Positions 35,664-43,561 of a DNA stretch of 47,023 nucleotides are shown in pieces. Every line of letters begins with the position of its first letter. The stretch's first letter is position 1. Source of the stretch: a virus (lineage: Duplodnaviria; Caudoviricetes); IMG/VR virus record IMGVR_UViG_3300024232_000020, positions 1 through 47,023 of that record, one strand, 5' to 3'. Under the pieces are notes generated by a model. That model did no database searches, was not told the DNA's origin, and saw only the letters and a program-made list of their open reading frames with translations. The position numbers and the translations under genes were made by a program.

Positions 35664-36134
35664 ATGGCACGCACGTACACAGTCGTTTTCGAAAAGGTCT
35701 CTGTTTCGGCCACTCAGGATCTAATCGAAATCATCGGCGGCGCGGGCAAGGTTGTGCGCATCCTTCAATTGGACCTCGCATGCGTCGATAACACACCTCC
35801 GACTGCGCAACTCTTGGCTCTCCGGGTCAGTATGTTGACGGCGACCGTTACCTCGGGATCTGGCGGTTCCAGCCCGACTCCGCGGCCTTTGGACCTCGGT
35901 GACGCGGCGGCGACGTTCACGGCCAAGGTAAACTGCACCACGCCAGCGACGACATCGGGCGGCGCCAAAACAACGCTTTGGGAGGGCGGTACGCATCTTT
36001 ACGCATCGTTCAGCTATGCGTTTCAAAAGCCACCGATCGTCGGCCCAACGATGTGCGGAGTATTCGAATTGATTACCACGCCTGGCGCGACTATCACGTT
36101 GAGCGGAACCGCGACGGTTGAAGAAATCGGATAA
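35664..36134 (+). CDS. virion structural protein (putative)
   Basis: AGGAG RBS; beta-rich; inside the tail module. Confidence 0.65.
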   Translation: MARTYTVVFEKVSVSATQDLIEIIGGAGKVVRILQLDLACVDNTPPTAQLLALRVSMLTATVTSGSGGSSPTPRPLDLGDAAATFTAKVNCTTPATTSGGAKTTLWEGGTHLYASFSYAFQKPPIVGPTMCGVFELITTPGATITLSGTATVEEIG

Positions 36135-36137
36135 CCA

Positions 36138-38564
36138 ATGTCCGTAAACATCACGCGCATTCCGGCGCCCGCGAAGCCCCGGCATTCCGTTGGTGTATTC
36201 ATTTTCCTAGGTCCGACCGATGTTTCTGTAGCACCAACGTCGATCGCGAGTCAGCAGTCTTTCGGCACTCCATTTCTAATGGAGCCGATTGGCCCGACGG
36301 CCATCGCTTCTCAGCAGTCTTTCGGGACTCCTGACATCGCAGGCGGCACGGTAAACATCTCGCCCGACTTCATTCCGTCACCGCGAGCCGTGGGAACGCC
36401 TGCCCTCGTGGGGCCGATCTATCCCGACACCATCGCAAGTCAGCAGTCTTTCGGAACACCGTTCATTGACGCGGTTCAGGACGTCGACCCGACGAGCATC
36501 GCTACTGGGCAGACGTTCGGAACGCCAACGATGAACTTCTCAAAAACGGTTTTCCCGACCGCGATTGCCACAGGGCAGACGTTTGGAAATCCGGTGATGA
36601 CGGGCGGCCCGAACGCTATTCTGCCGACCTCAATCGCATCGAGGCAGGCATTTGGTATCCCAGCGCTGACAGGCGGCGACGGCACGCTTTCGATTTACGT
36701 GGGCGGCTCTATCTGGGGCGGACATTTTCTGTGCCCTGGCCTGACCGATTCCGGCTCGCCAGTCAGCTACGAATCCTCGAATCCGCCAACGATCACATCT
36801 CAGACGCTGGGCCGGTGGACGCTGCAAGTCGATCTTTTTGACGATACGAATAACTTTGCGCCTGCCCGCGGACAGACCATCGTGGTCATGGAAAACGGGA
36901 CCAAGCTTTTCGCCGGCTGTATTCAGAGCGTTCAGCGAACGCGGCTCATGGGCACTACGCAGTCCATCGTTTATCATGTGACGGCAACGGACAAATCGGG
37001 AATCTGTGACCGTCGCGTCATCAAAACCATAACGTATCCGGTTGGGAACGACGTCGCGGCCACAATTCTAAACATCGTGGCGAATTACCTGAACGGCGAA
37101 GGAATTTTCACGACTCCGCAAAGCGTTCCTACTGATGGCTCTCTCGGGACGCTAACCAGTGATTTGACGTTCAATTACGACACCGTGACCTCGGGGTTTG
37201 ACCAACTGGCGACCATTTCGGGAACGATCTGGTATGTGGATACAAACGGGGTTCTGTGGTTCAATTCGTTCGCGAGCCTGCCTCCGTCACCGTGGGGCTT
37301 GGTCGACAATCCCAACCCAACGAATTACCGCGGGCTCGTGGTCGAAGAAACGAACCTAGATTACGCGAATACGATTTATGCGGTTTCCAATCTCAGCGTG
37401 CTGCCGGGATCGGGAACTGGCGGCGGCGGCGGCGGCGGAACCGGGATCGGGACGAACACCGAGACCTTCGTGATGACGCCGGGAAATATCGGCGTGCTGG
37501 TGCTCGGGGATGGAACGACCGTCTACGGCGTGAACGTAACTCAGCCGATCGGCACGCTGTATTCGTTGAAAGTAAACGGGGTTACGCAGGTAATCGTCAA
37601 TTACGCCCAGTGGAACGGCGAACAACCCACGAGCTCTCCACAGTTTGGGCCGTGGTTCTGGCTGTCCGATGCGACGGGGATTGCGGCATCGCTGGTGGGC
37701 GTCGGCGGACTGCCGTCAGGTTCTACGGTCGTAGTCAACTATACGCCGGCCACCACGAACGCACAGGCGACGGTAGGCGAATCGCTGGAGCCGATTGACC
37801 CAGCGACGGGTGGGACGCTCGGGACGTGCGGCAGCGGCGTTTATGAGCTCGCGGTGCAGGTTAAGAACATCTCCAGCGTTTCCGACCTGAACGCGATCGC
37901 GCAGGCCGAACTGGTGCGCCGCGGGTCACTGCCGATTCGCATCACCTTCCAGACGGATAAGCCGGGATTATTTCCAGGGCAAATACTATCAGTGAACTGC
38001 CCCAGCGTGTTTATCAATCATCAGGAGTTCCTGATCGTCGGCGCGCAGGGCGTGGCGGTTGAGGGGCCTTTGGAGTTCGGCTCGCGGTTCCAGTGGAAGA
38101 TCGACGCGGTAACGAATCGGGACCCCGGCAACTTCGTGCAGTGGTATGCCAACCTCCTCAGGAACGCGAGCAATGCTCTGCCTGTGTTCCAGTACGAGGA
38201 GGCTAAATTTGCATTGGCGCCTGGCGCTTCTCTTTCCGGGTTGCTGTCGACCAACTCGCACCCGGTAATGAGAACGGGCCAATTGGTGTTCATTTACGCC
38301 ACGGCCACTGTGCCACCGATTGACCAGAACTTGAGCCTTTTCTTCTTCGTAAACGGGGTGAGGATACCGGGAAGCGTGTCGATCCCAGCGGGATCTGCGG
38401 CGAACACCGCCTTCAGCTATAGTTTCCCAGAAACGAATCCGCTCTATGTTTTCAACACGGCTACCGAGTTCGACGTTGTGACGGTGGGATATTCCTATGC
38501 TGTGACGGGGCCCAACCCGACGCCGGCCGGAAGCGTTACGGCGGTCCTTCGGTGGCGAATGTGA
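36138..38564 (+). CDS. tail tip/hub protein with N-terminal repeats
   Basis: 7 PT.IA(S/T).Q.FG.P repeats followed by a hub-like region (LFAG.I..V, WYVD.NG.L.F, PGQIL.V). Confidence 0.75.
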   Translation: MSVNITRIPAPAKPRHSVGVFIFLGPTDVSVAPTSIASQQSFGTPFLMEPIGPTAIASQQSFGTPDIAGGTVNISPDFIPSPRAVGTPALVGPIYPDTIASQQSFGTPFIDAVQDVDPTSIATGQTFGTPTMNFSKTVFPTAIATGQTFGNPVMTGGPNAILPTSIASRQAFGIPALTGGDGTLSIYVGGSIWGGHFLCPGLTDSGSPVSYESSNPPTITSQTLGRWTLQVDLFDDTNNFAPARGQTIVVMENGTKLFAGCIQSVQRTRLMGTTQSIVYHVTATDKSGICDRRVIKTITYPVGNDVAATILNIVANYLNGEGIFTTPQSVPTDGSLGTLTSDLTFNYDTVTSGFDQLATISGTIWYVDTNGVLWFNSFASLPPSPWGLVDNPNPTNYRGLVVEETNLDYANTIYAVSNLSVLPGSGTGGGGGGGTGIGTNTETFVMTPGNIGVLVLGDGTTVYGVNVTQPIGTLYSLKVNGVTQVIVNYAQWNGEQPTSSPQFGPWFWLSDATGIAASLVGVGGLPSGSTVVVNYTPATTNAQATVGESLEPIDPATGGTLGTCGSGVYELAVQVKNISSVSDLNAIAQAELVRRGSLPIRITFQTDKPGLFPGQILSVNCPSVFINHQEFLIVGAQGVAVEGPLEFGSRFQWKIDAVTNRDPGNFVQWYANLLRNASNALPVFQYEEAKFALAPGASLSGLLSTNSHPVMRTGQLVFIYATATVPPIDQNLSLFFFVNGVRIPGSVSIPAGSAANTAFSYSFPETNPLYVFNTATEFDVVTVGYSYAVTGPNPTPAGSVTAVLRWRM

Positions 38565-38619
38565 CGGAAAGTAACCGGAAAGTAAGCGGAAAAATACCGG
38601 AAAGTAAGCGGAAATGTTA
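38565..38619. repeat. 5 x 11-bp tandem repeat, consensus CGGAAAGTAA(G/C)
   Basis: CGGAAA at 38565, 38576, 38587, 38598 and 38609. Confidence 0.9.
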
Positions 38620-39795
38620 AGGAAGATCCGCGGCTACGACATCTGCGCGACCTCGACGGGCGTCGGCACAAATGCCGGGCCAGACCTGATGTATGACCTG
38701 CTAAACGGCTTTAGTTGGTATAACGGATCGCCATGCGTCACAACCGGAAAGCCGGGGCCTTCAGGAAGCGGACCAAACGGGCAATGCGCCTTTAAGATCG
38801 GCCACGGCATGTTCACGGACGTCTTCGATCCGCAATCAAACTGGTTCATCGGAATGGACTGGCAGAGAAACGGCGCAGCGGCCACGAGCAAATGGCTGTA
38901 TCTCAGTACTGCCTCGGCAGTAGTAATTGGCTTAGAATCCGAAAGTTCGGGAAAGATTTCCATCGTTACGGGAGGAACGGGAGTCAGCGGAACGGGCGTC
39001 GTCATCGCAACCACTGCCGTGACCTTCCCGGCTGGGGTTTGGAGCGGATACCTTGAGTTCACGGTTACGGGCTTCGGCGGGGTGGTGACGTACGAACTGT
39101 GGCAAAGCGACCCTAACACCTACGTCGAAACGCGACTGCTCACTGGCACGGTTACGCTGACGGACGTGCCGGACCGCATCACGCACGGAAACAACAGCGG
39201 CGACACCAGATTCTTCGACAACGAGTACATCTGCGACGGGCAGGGCTCGGCGCCATGGAACGGGCGACTTGGGCCTTGCCGGGTCACGTCCCTTTCCCCC
39301 ATCGCTGATGTTTCCGGGGCCTGGAACGCGATCCCAGCCGGGGCGAAGTATCTGAAGATCCAGGATCTACCAGCAGACCCCAGCGGCTCGCCAGACGGCG
39401 ATTCCAGCTACCTGACGCCTAACGTGACGGGCGGCCAGCAACTCTTCAACGTGACGACGTCGCCCTGCTACGGGCGCGTACTGGGCGTGGCGGTAAATAT
39501 GTGCTTTCGAGGAACCAGCGGCAGCGCGTCGGTTCAGGCACTAATGAAGCAGACCGGAGCCGCAGTTGTGATCGGAACGCCAACGGTTACAGGGATTTAC
39601 CACACAGCGCAGGCCATCGCGGAAAATTCGCCAGCGAGCGGAACGTATTTCACCGACGCGGAAATTAGTAACGCTCTATGGGGGGTTTCTACTCTTACGT
39701 CTTTGGATGCGCGGGTTACGCAGGTGTTTTTAGAGAAGTTGGTAAGTCTGCGGTCGGTGCCGTTCAACTGTGGCTCAGGCAGTTACTCCTTTTGA
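38614..39795 (+). CDS. tail protein (lectin/beta-sandwich-like)
   Basis: W..YLEF, FFDN.YICD..G, LGP.RV..L.P..D, P..G..FT.AEI.N, RVTQV..E. Confidence 0.7.
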   Translation: MLRKIRGYDICATSTGVGTNAGPDLMYDLLNGFSWYNGSPCVTTGKPGPSGSGPNGQCAFKIGHGMFTDVFDPQSNWFIGMDWQRNGAAATSKWLYLSTASAVVIGLESESSGKISIVTGGTGVSGTGVVIATTAVTFPAGVWSGYLEFTVTGFGGVVTYELWQSDPNTYVETRLLTGTVTLTDVPDRITHGNNSGDTRFFDNEYICDGQGSAPWNGRLGPCRVTSLSPIADVSGAWNAIPAGAKYLKIQDLPADPSGSPDGDSSYLTPNVTGGQQLFNVTTSPCYGRVLGVAVNMCFRGTSGSASVQALMKQTGAAVVIGTPTVTGIYHTAQAIAENSPASGTYFTDAEISNALWGVSTLTSLDARVTQVFLEKLVSLRSVPFNCGSGSYSF

Positions 39796-39799
39796 CAGA

Positions 39800-39829
39800 T
39801 TGACTTGTAAAACTTCGTAAGCGCAGAAT
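39800..39829 (+). promoter_or_regulatory. promoter TTGACT-18-CAGAAT
   Basis: Lies just upstream of ATG 39839. Confidence 0.5.
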
Positions 39830-39838
39830 GAAGGGTAC

Positions 39839-40486
39839 ATGAACGACTCCGATTACATCGCGCAACTGTTTACGCTGCTCTGTGTGGTGCCCAGCTTTAT
39901 CGTGCTGTGCTCACAGGAGAAGATGCCCTTTCCGTTCTTTTCGATATTCTCGGCGATGTTGATTCCGAGCTCGTTTATCTGGCTGTTTTCCCTGTGGCCG
40001 ATTTGGTCCTGGTTCTTTCCCCTTCTCATGATCAGCATGGCGGCGGCCTCCGGGGAATCGGCCTGGAATATGGTCAATAAGCTGACTCCTCGTGAAAGAC
40101 TGTACTCGCATCTGTTCAGCGTCCTATCGGGGCTCGGGCTGGCAGAGTTGACCTGGCTGGCGCGGCCGGCGTTCCCTCAATTCCCCAACCTGTCCCTGAC
40201 GGTCGGGATGATGGCGGCGGCGTTCTCGATCGGTTGCACGATCTCAGCGGGGTTGTACTGGTGGGCCAACCGTAGCGCAGGCGTGCGGCCTGTGGTGCGA
40301 CACGGTGCGATTCTAGGCGTTTACGGGGCAGTGGTGATAGCCTCGGCCATCGTGAGCGGCATCGACCCGCTAGGCCCGATCTGGCACTATTCCGTGCAAT
40401 CGTCCTGCTACGTTCGCGGAATCCTGCAACTGGCGGCCACTATGACTCTGGTTCGGAGCCGACGATTCTTTTCAATTCACGCATAG
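39839..40486 (+). CDS. polytopic membrane protein (moron-like)
   Basis: About 6-7 hydrophobic segments; own promoter. Confidence 0.65.
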   Translation: MNDSDYIAQLFTLLCVVPSFIVLCSQEKMPFPFFSIFSAMLIPSSFIWLFSLWPIWSWFFPLLMISMAAASGESAWNMVNKLTPRERLYSHLFSVLSGLGLAELTWLARPAFPQFPNLSLTVGMMAAAFSIGCTISAGLYWWANRSAGVRPVVRHGAILGVYGAVVIASAIVSGIDPLGPIWHYSVQSSCYVRGILQLAATMTLVRSRRFFSIHA

Positions 40487-40757
40487 TCGCGTGGTGGTAA
40501 TCTTCGAGCCGTCGATCGGTCGCGGCGAGATGTAAGTCTATCTCATCAAGCCGATTATCGTGATCTTTTATTTTTTTGTCCAACGCCCGAAGTGATATCT
40601 TTTGCTCATTTTCCAGCGGTTCTTGTTCCTCTGTCTTTTTCCGCCAGTGAATTGCTTTTAGGTATGAGAATGCAGCCGCGATGCCAGTCCCGATAGCTGT
40701 GGCAATCACGCCGATATTGCTCCACTTCGAAGACAGTTCGTCGTGGGGGGCTTGCAT
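40440..40757 (-). CDS. single-TM coiled-coil protein (lysis-cassette type)
   Basis: N-terminal TM helix followed by heptad repeats. Confidence 0.65.
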   Translation of the reverse strand: MQAPHDELSSKWSNIGVIATAIGTGIAAAFSYLKAIHWRKKTEEQEPLENEQKISLRALDKKIKDHDNRLDEIDLHLAATDRRLEDYHHATMRELKRIVGSEPES

Positions 40758-40773
40758 CAGAGCCTAGTCTATC

Positions 40774-40893
40774 CTATCCGCCTGTTCCGGGGACCGGGGG
40801 ATTGTCGATAGGCTCGTCTTCTGCTGGCTTGGGCACCGGGATTGGTTGCGGGTGCGGCTTTTTCTCTGTATGGTCTTTTTTATTTTCGGGCAT
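40774..40893 (-). CDS. Pro-rich micropeptide (39 aa)
   Basis: MPENKKDHTEKKPHPQPIPVPKPAEDEPIDNPPVPGTGG, 7 nt after extended -10 TGgTATTAT. Confidence 0.45.
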   Translation of the reverse strand: MPENKKDHTEKKPHPQPIPVPKPAEDEPIDNPPVPGTGG

Positions 40894-40909
40894 TTGAGAA
40901 ATAATACCA

Positions 40910-40938
40910 TTGCTTTGTACAAAACTGCATGATATATT
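40910..40938 (+). promoter_or_regulatory. promoter TTGCTT-17-TATATT with TG extension
   Basis: No ORF downstream, only two hairpins and a T-tract. Confidence 0.55.
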
Positions 40939-40944
40939 TCTTGC

Positions 40945-41020
40945 CGTCAACAATTTCCCTCTTCCTCCGAGGGACCAGTCACCCGCGCAGTCTTGAACAT
41001 GGACTGCGCGGGCTTTTTAT
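40945..41020 (+). ncRNA. candidate ~75-nt small RNA
   Basis: Promoter, then hairpin CCCTC-TTCCTCC-GAGGG, then terminator. Confidence 0.45.
40982..41020 (+). terminator. intrinsic terminator
   Basis: Perfect 11-bp stem CCCGCGCAGTC/GACTGCGCGGG followed by CTTTTTAT. Confidence 0.85.
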
Positions 41021-41190
41021 TTGACGGCTGATCCGAAGACCTGCCAACCCAAAATCCCGAGAAGTATCCACGTCAACAGGTGGGCTCCGCTGCGCGGCCA
41101 CGGATACGGCTGGCCCGCGACGTAATAGCTCCACATCCCGAAGACAAGTCCGAGAACGTAGAACACCCAAAACCAGATCGATAGCGGCAT
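41017..41190 (-). CDS. small two-TM membrane protein (holin-like)
   Basis: GGAGG RBS; MPLSIWFWVFYVLGLVFG...LLGILGWQVFG. Confidence 0.7.
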   Translation of the reverse strand: MPLSIWFWVFYVLGLVFGMWSYYVAGQPYPWPRSGAHLLTWILLGILGWQVFGSAVK

Positions 41191-41234
41191 AGAGAGAACC
41201 TCCAAGGTTAGAGTCGCGGGCGGGTGATTCGTTT

Positions 41235-41507
41235 CTACTTCGCCAGTTGGCCGGCCTTGAATGCGTCGAGCAATGCTCCGCTGAGGCTGTTTACGCGCTC
41301 ATGCACAACGGCGTGTGCGTACGCTTCTACCTCTTTGAGCTTTATTTCGGTGACGGACAGGCGCTGTTCGTGGAGGGCGATTTCTGTGCGAAATCCGTTT
41401 ACTGCACGGTGTATGGAATCCTGCACTACCATGCGGATCACCCAGATAAAGACGCCTCCGATAACTGCTAAGGCGGCGCACACTGCGGACACTGCGGGCC
41501 AGTCCAT
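41235..41507 (-). CDS. single-TM coiled-coil protein (holin/antiholin-like)
   Basis: N-terminal TM; HEQRLS..E; lies directly after the endolysin. Confidence 0.65.
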   Translation of the reverse strand: MDWPAVSAVCAALAVIGGVFIWVIRMVVQDSIHRAVNGFRTEIALHEQRLSVTEIKLKEVEAYAHAVVHERVNSLSGALLDAFKAGQLAK

Positions 41508-41516
41508 GCCGATAGT

Positions 41517-41897
41517 TTAGTTCATCTTCACGAGCGGGGGCAGTAAATCCAAAACGGGGGTGTCGGCGGGAAGTTCAGTCCATTCGAGGACATTCTCAAG
41601 GTAGGCGCTGGTGTCGTTCTCGACGGGTGGCGCCCACGAGGAAATGATCTGCCGCACGGTTTGTCCGGTAGCTATTTGCAGCCAAAGCTGTCGGAATAGC
41701 GCTGTTGTGCCCAGCGGGGCGCTAGTGAAGGTGGCAATGTCGTTCGGGTGCTGGGGGACGATTGCGCCTTTCTGTCCCGCGTAACGGATGTCGCCAGGGT
41801 TATTGCGGACGACCGGCGTTCCGGTGCGAGCTCCAAACCAACCCTCCTGGGTGGCAATCGCGCATGCCAGCAGCTCAACGGGATGGGTTGGCTTCAT
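41517..41897 (-). CDS. endolysin, lysozyme-like (RNNPG / WAP..EN.T family)
   Basis: AIATQEG, RNNPGDIR, F.S...G..AL, T...IIS.WAPPVENDTSAY. Confidence 0.8.
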   Translation of the reverse strand: MKPTHPVELLACAIATQEGWFGARTGTPVVRNNPGDIRYAGQKGAIVPQHPNDIATFTSAPLGTTALFRQLWLQIATGQTVRQIISSWAPPVENDTSAYLENVLEWTELPADTPVLDLLPPLVKMN

Positions 41898-42051
41898 TAG
41901 TTTTGTCTACTTCCTTTGGGTCGCTTTCCAGTATTTCTTTGTTGTCCAACAGTAGCACCCTCCATGACTCCGTAAGACTTTCTCGGCTGTTTATGAACCT
42001 AATAAGGCTGTTGTGCGCTTGCAACATGGAAAACGGTAATGGTTCCTTCAT
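41875..42051 (-). CDS. hypothetical protein
   Basis: ATGA coupling with the upstream small ORF. Confidence 0.45.
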   Translation of the reverse strand: MKEPLPFSMLQAHNSLIRFINSRESLTESWRVLLLDNKEILESDPKEVDKTNEANPSR

Positions 42052-42161
42052 GAGAACCACTCCCAATCCAGGAACCGATCCCACAGCGAGTACTTGCGGG
42101 CCTCGATAGCCTTTCGGATGGCTCGTATTTTGTCGGACGGAATGCAGTAAAAGCGACTCAT
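42048..42161 (-). CDS. hypothetical micro-ORF (37 aa)
   Basis: AAGGAG RBS; ATGA couplings on both sides. Confidence 0.45.
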   Translation of the reverse strand: MSRFYCIPSDKIRAIRKAIEARKYSLWDRFLDWEWFS

Positions 42162-42364
42162 CTAGGCTCCTTGGCTGCTTTAATGGCGGATCGCGCCGTC
42201 GATAGCAGATCAAACATCTCGGGCGTCATATGGTATTCCGGTATTTTGTCGTAAGCGGCGACAACCTTGCGAAGTGCCGTAATCAGCAGCGGCTGAACTC
42301 GTCGCATTTTGGTGCACTCATCTTGCTCGCGCTCCACTGCGTTAATGTAATCCCCTGAACTCAT
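42158..42364 (-). CDS. hypothetical protein
   Basis: GGAG RBS; L..AL....ARSAI.AA pattern. Confidence 0.65.
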   Translation of the reverse strand: MSSGDYINAVEREQDECTKMRRVQPLLITALRKVVAAYDKIPEYHMTPEMFDLLSTARSAIKAAKEPR

Positions 42365-42513
42365 CGTTTCTCCCTCCAGTATTCCTTAACGGCGGCGTGC
42401 CATTCGGCCAAAGCTCCGATTCTTTCATCGTTCCAATGGGTAGAGCGAAAATGATAAACCCGAAAATCAGCCATGATCAACCGCTGGCGCGCTGCTCGAA
42501 GCCGTTCAATCAT
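42361..42513 (-). CDS. hypothetical protein (50 aa)
   Basis: ATGA couplings on both sides. Confidence 0.55.
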   Translation of the reverse strand: MIERLRAARQRLIMADFRVYHFRSTHWNDERIGALAEWHAAVKEYWREKR

Positions 42514-42812
42514 CGCTGCGCCTCATATTCTGCGTTGAGTCGGGCGATTATAGCGTCTTTGTCGATGCCGTACAGCACCCAGAAACGCTTGCCTAGTTTG
42601 TGGTGGGCGTGCGGTCCTTCCCGATGATGAAACACGCAGAGGGGAATTGCTTCACTGTCGGGGCACTTCTGAGAAAGCCCGCGCTCGCCAACATGAGCGG
42701 CCTCGGCGGTCGATGGAGTGTCCTGACGCTCGCATATCAGGCAGGGCTTTTCTCGAATCCAATCCAAATATTTCGGATTGCGGCCAAGTTTTTTCTTCGT
42801 CGCGCTACGCAT
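42510..42812 (-). CDS. DUF968-like HNH-fold nuclease
   Basis: YLDWIREKPCLIC...AAHV..RGLSQK.PD..AIPLC..HH. Confidence 0.85.
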   Translation of the reverse strand: MRSATKKKLGRNPKYLDWIREKPCLICERQDTPSTAEAAHVGERGLSQKCPDSEAIPLCVFHHREGPHAHHKLGKRFWVLYGIDKDAIIARLNAEYEAQR

Positions 42813-42936
42813 CGTCGTAGTCACATTCTCCTTCTTCACATTCGCACTCGCAGAGGTCAGCCTCTAGCTCATTCTCATGGTCGTCGATGTCTCAGTGGCA
42901 GTGACACGCCTGACCGCATTGTGGGCACGAATGCAT
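42805..42936 (-). pseudogene. Cys/acid-rich mini-gene interrupted by an in-frame TGA
   Basis: MHSCPQCGQACHCH*DIDDHENELEADLCECECEEGECDYDDA; TGA at 42894-42892. Confidence 0.5.
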
Positions 42937-43095
42937 TTACTTTGCCTTTTTCCTTTTGGGAGTCGGCATTTTGGCAATTGCTTCAGCCGCAGCGGTAGCG
43001 ATTACATTTAACTGCCGTTGTGCCGCGAGATACTTTTCACCCATGACGCTTTTCGGCTTACGCTGGGGAGTTTTACCCCAGGGTTTTAGGGTCAC
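42937..43095 (-). CDS. basic hypothetical protein (52 aa)
   Basis: GTGA coupling; Lys-rich. Confidence 0.5.
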   Translation of the reverse strand: MTLKPWGKTPQRKPKSVMGEKYLAAQRQLNVIATAAAEAIAKMPTPKRKKAK

Positions 43096-43358
43096 CTGGT
43101 TCCTTTCATCCGAATGGCCCCGCGAGCCGTGGCTAGAGATGAACCTTGGCCCCGCCGATCATCATGTAGTTTTCGCAGGCGATCTTTTTCAACGACTCGC
43201 CCGACTTCAACTTGGCTGCGAGGATATGGACGCCCAAGCTCATTGCACATCTGTCGCTGAGTCATGCCAGCGCGTAACATAACAAGCACTCGCTCCTCTG
43301 TTGGAGTTAGCATAAAAGGATTTTTTGGATCTCTTTTACCGCCGCATGCTTGGCTCAT
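43092..43358 (-). CDS. LuxR-like HTH regulator
   Basis: LTPTEERVLVMLRAGMTQRQMCNELG. Confidence 0.7.
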   Translation of the reverse strand: MSQACGGKRDPKNPFMLTPTEERVLVMLRAGMTQRQMCNELGRPYPRSQVEVGRVVEKDRLRKLHDDRRGQGSSLATARGAIRMKGTR

Positions 43359-43480
43359 GCTGCAATCCTTTTCTTGGGACAATGGGGCTCGTGCTCGCGT
43401 TTCGCCTTGGCTCCCAGCATCTTTCCGCACCACCCGCAGGGCGTCAGAACGGCAGGGCGTCCCGGTTTCCGTTTCTTCAT
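43355..43480 (-). CDS. AT-hook + C2HC zinc-finger microprotein (41 aa, not in ORF track)
   Basis: MKKRKPGRPAVLTPCGWCGKMLGAKAKREHEPHCPKKRIAA; first gene after the leftward promoter; ATGA coupling. Confidence 0.7.
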   Translation of the reverse strand: MKKRKPGRPAVLTPCGWCGKMLGAKAKREHEPHCPKKRIAA

Positions 43481-43486
43481 GAAAGG

Positions 43487-43515
43487 ATTCTGACATCAAT
43501 TGCAATACTTGTCAA
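43487..43515 (-). promoter_or_regulatory. leftward promoter TTGACA-17-CAGAAT (leaderless)
   Basis: Perfect -35; ATG 6 nt after the -10 box. Confidence 0.8.
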
Positions 43516-43526
43516 CAAAAGAATTC

Positions 43527-43555
43527 TTGACAACAATTCAAAACAGGCGCATAAT
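43527..43555 (+). promoter_or_regulatory. rightward promoter TTGACA-17-CATAAT (leaderless)
   Basis: Perfect -35; ATG 43562 is 6 nt after the -10 box. Confidence 0.85.
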
Positions 43556-43561
43556 AACTAC

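Noticed and set aside
22950-38300. Numerous minus-strand ORFs of 60-200 aa within structural genes
   Set aside because: Antisense shadows of GC-rich coding sequence, without RBS, promoter or motifs
42892-42894. Genome-wide TGA recoding (genetic code 4 or 25)
   Set aside because: TGA is used as a stop in many ATGA/GTGA gene overlaps, and long genes are intact under code 11
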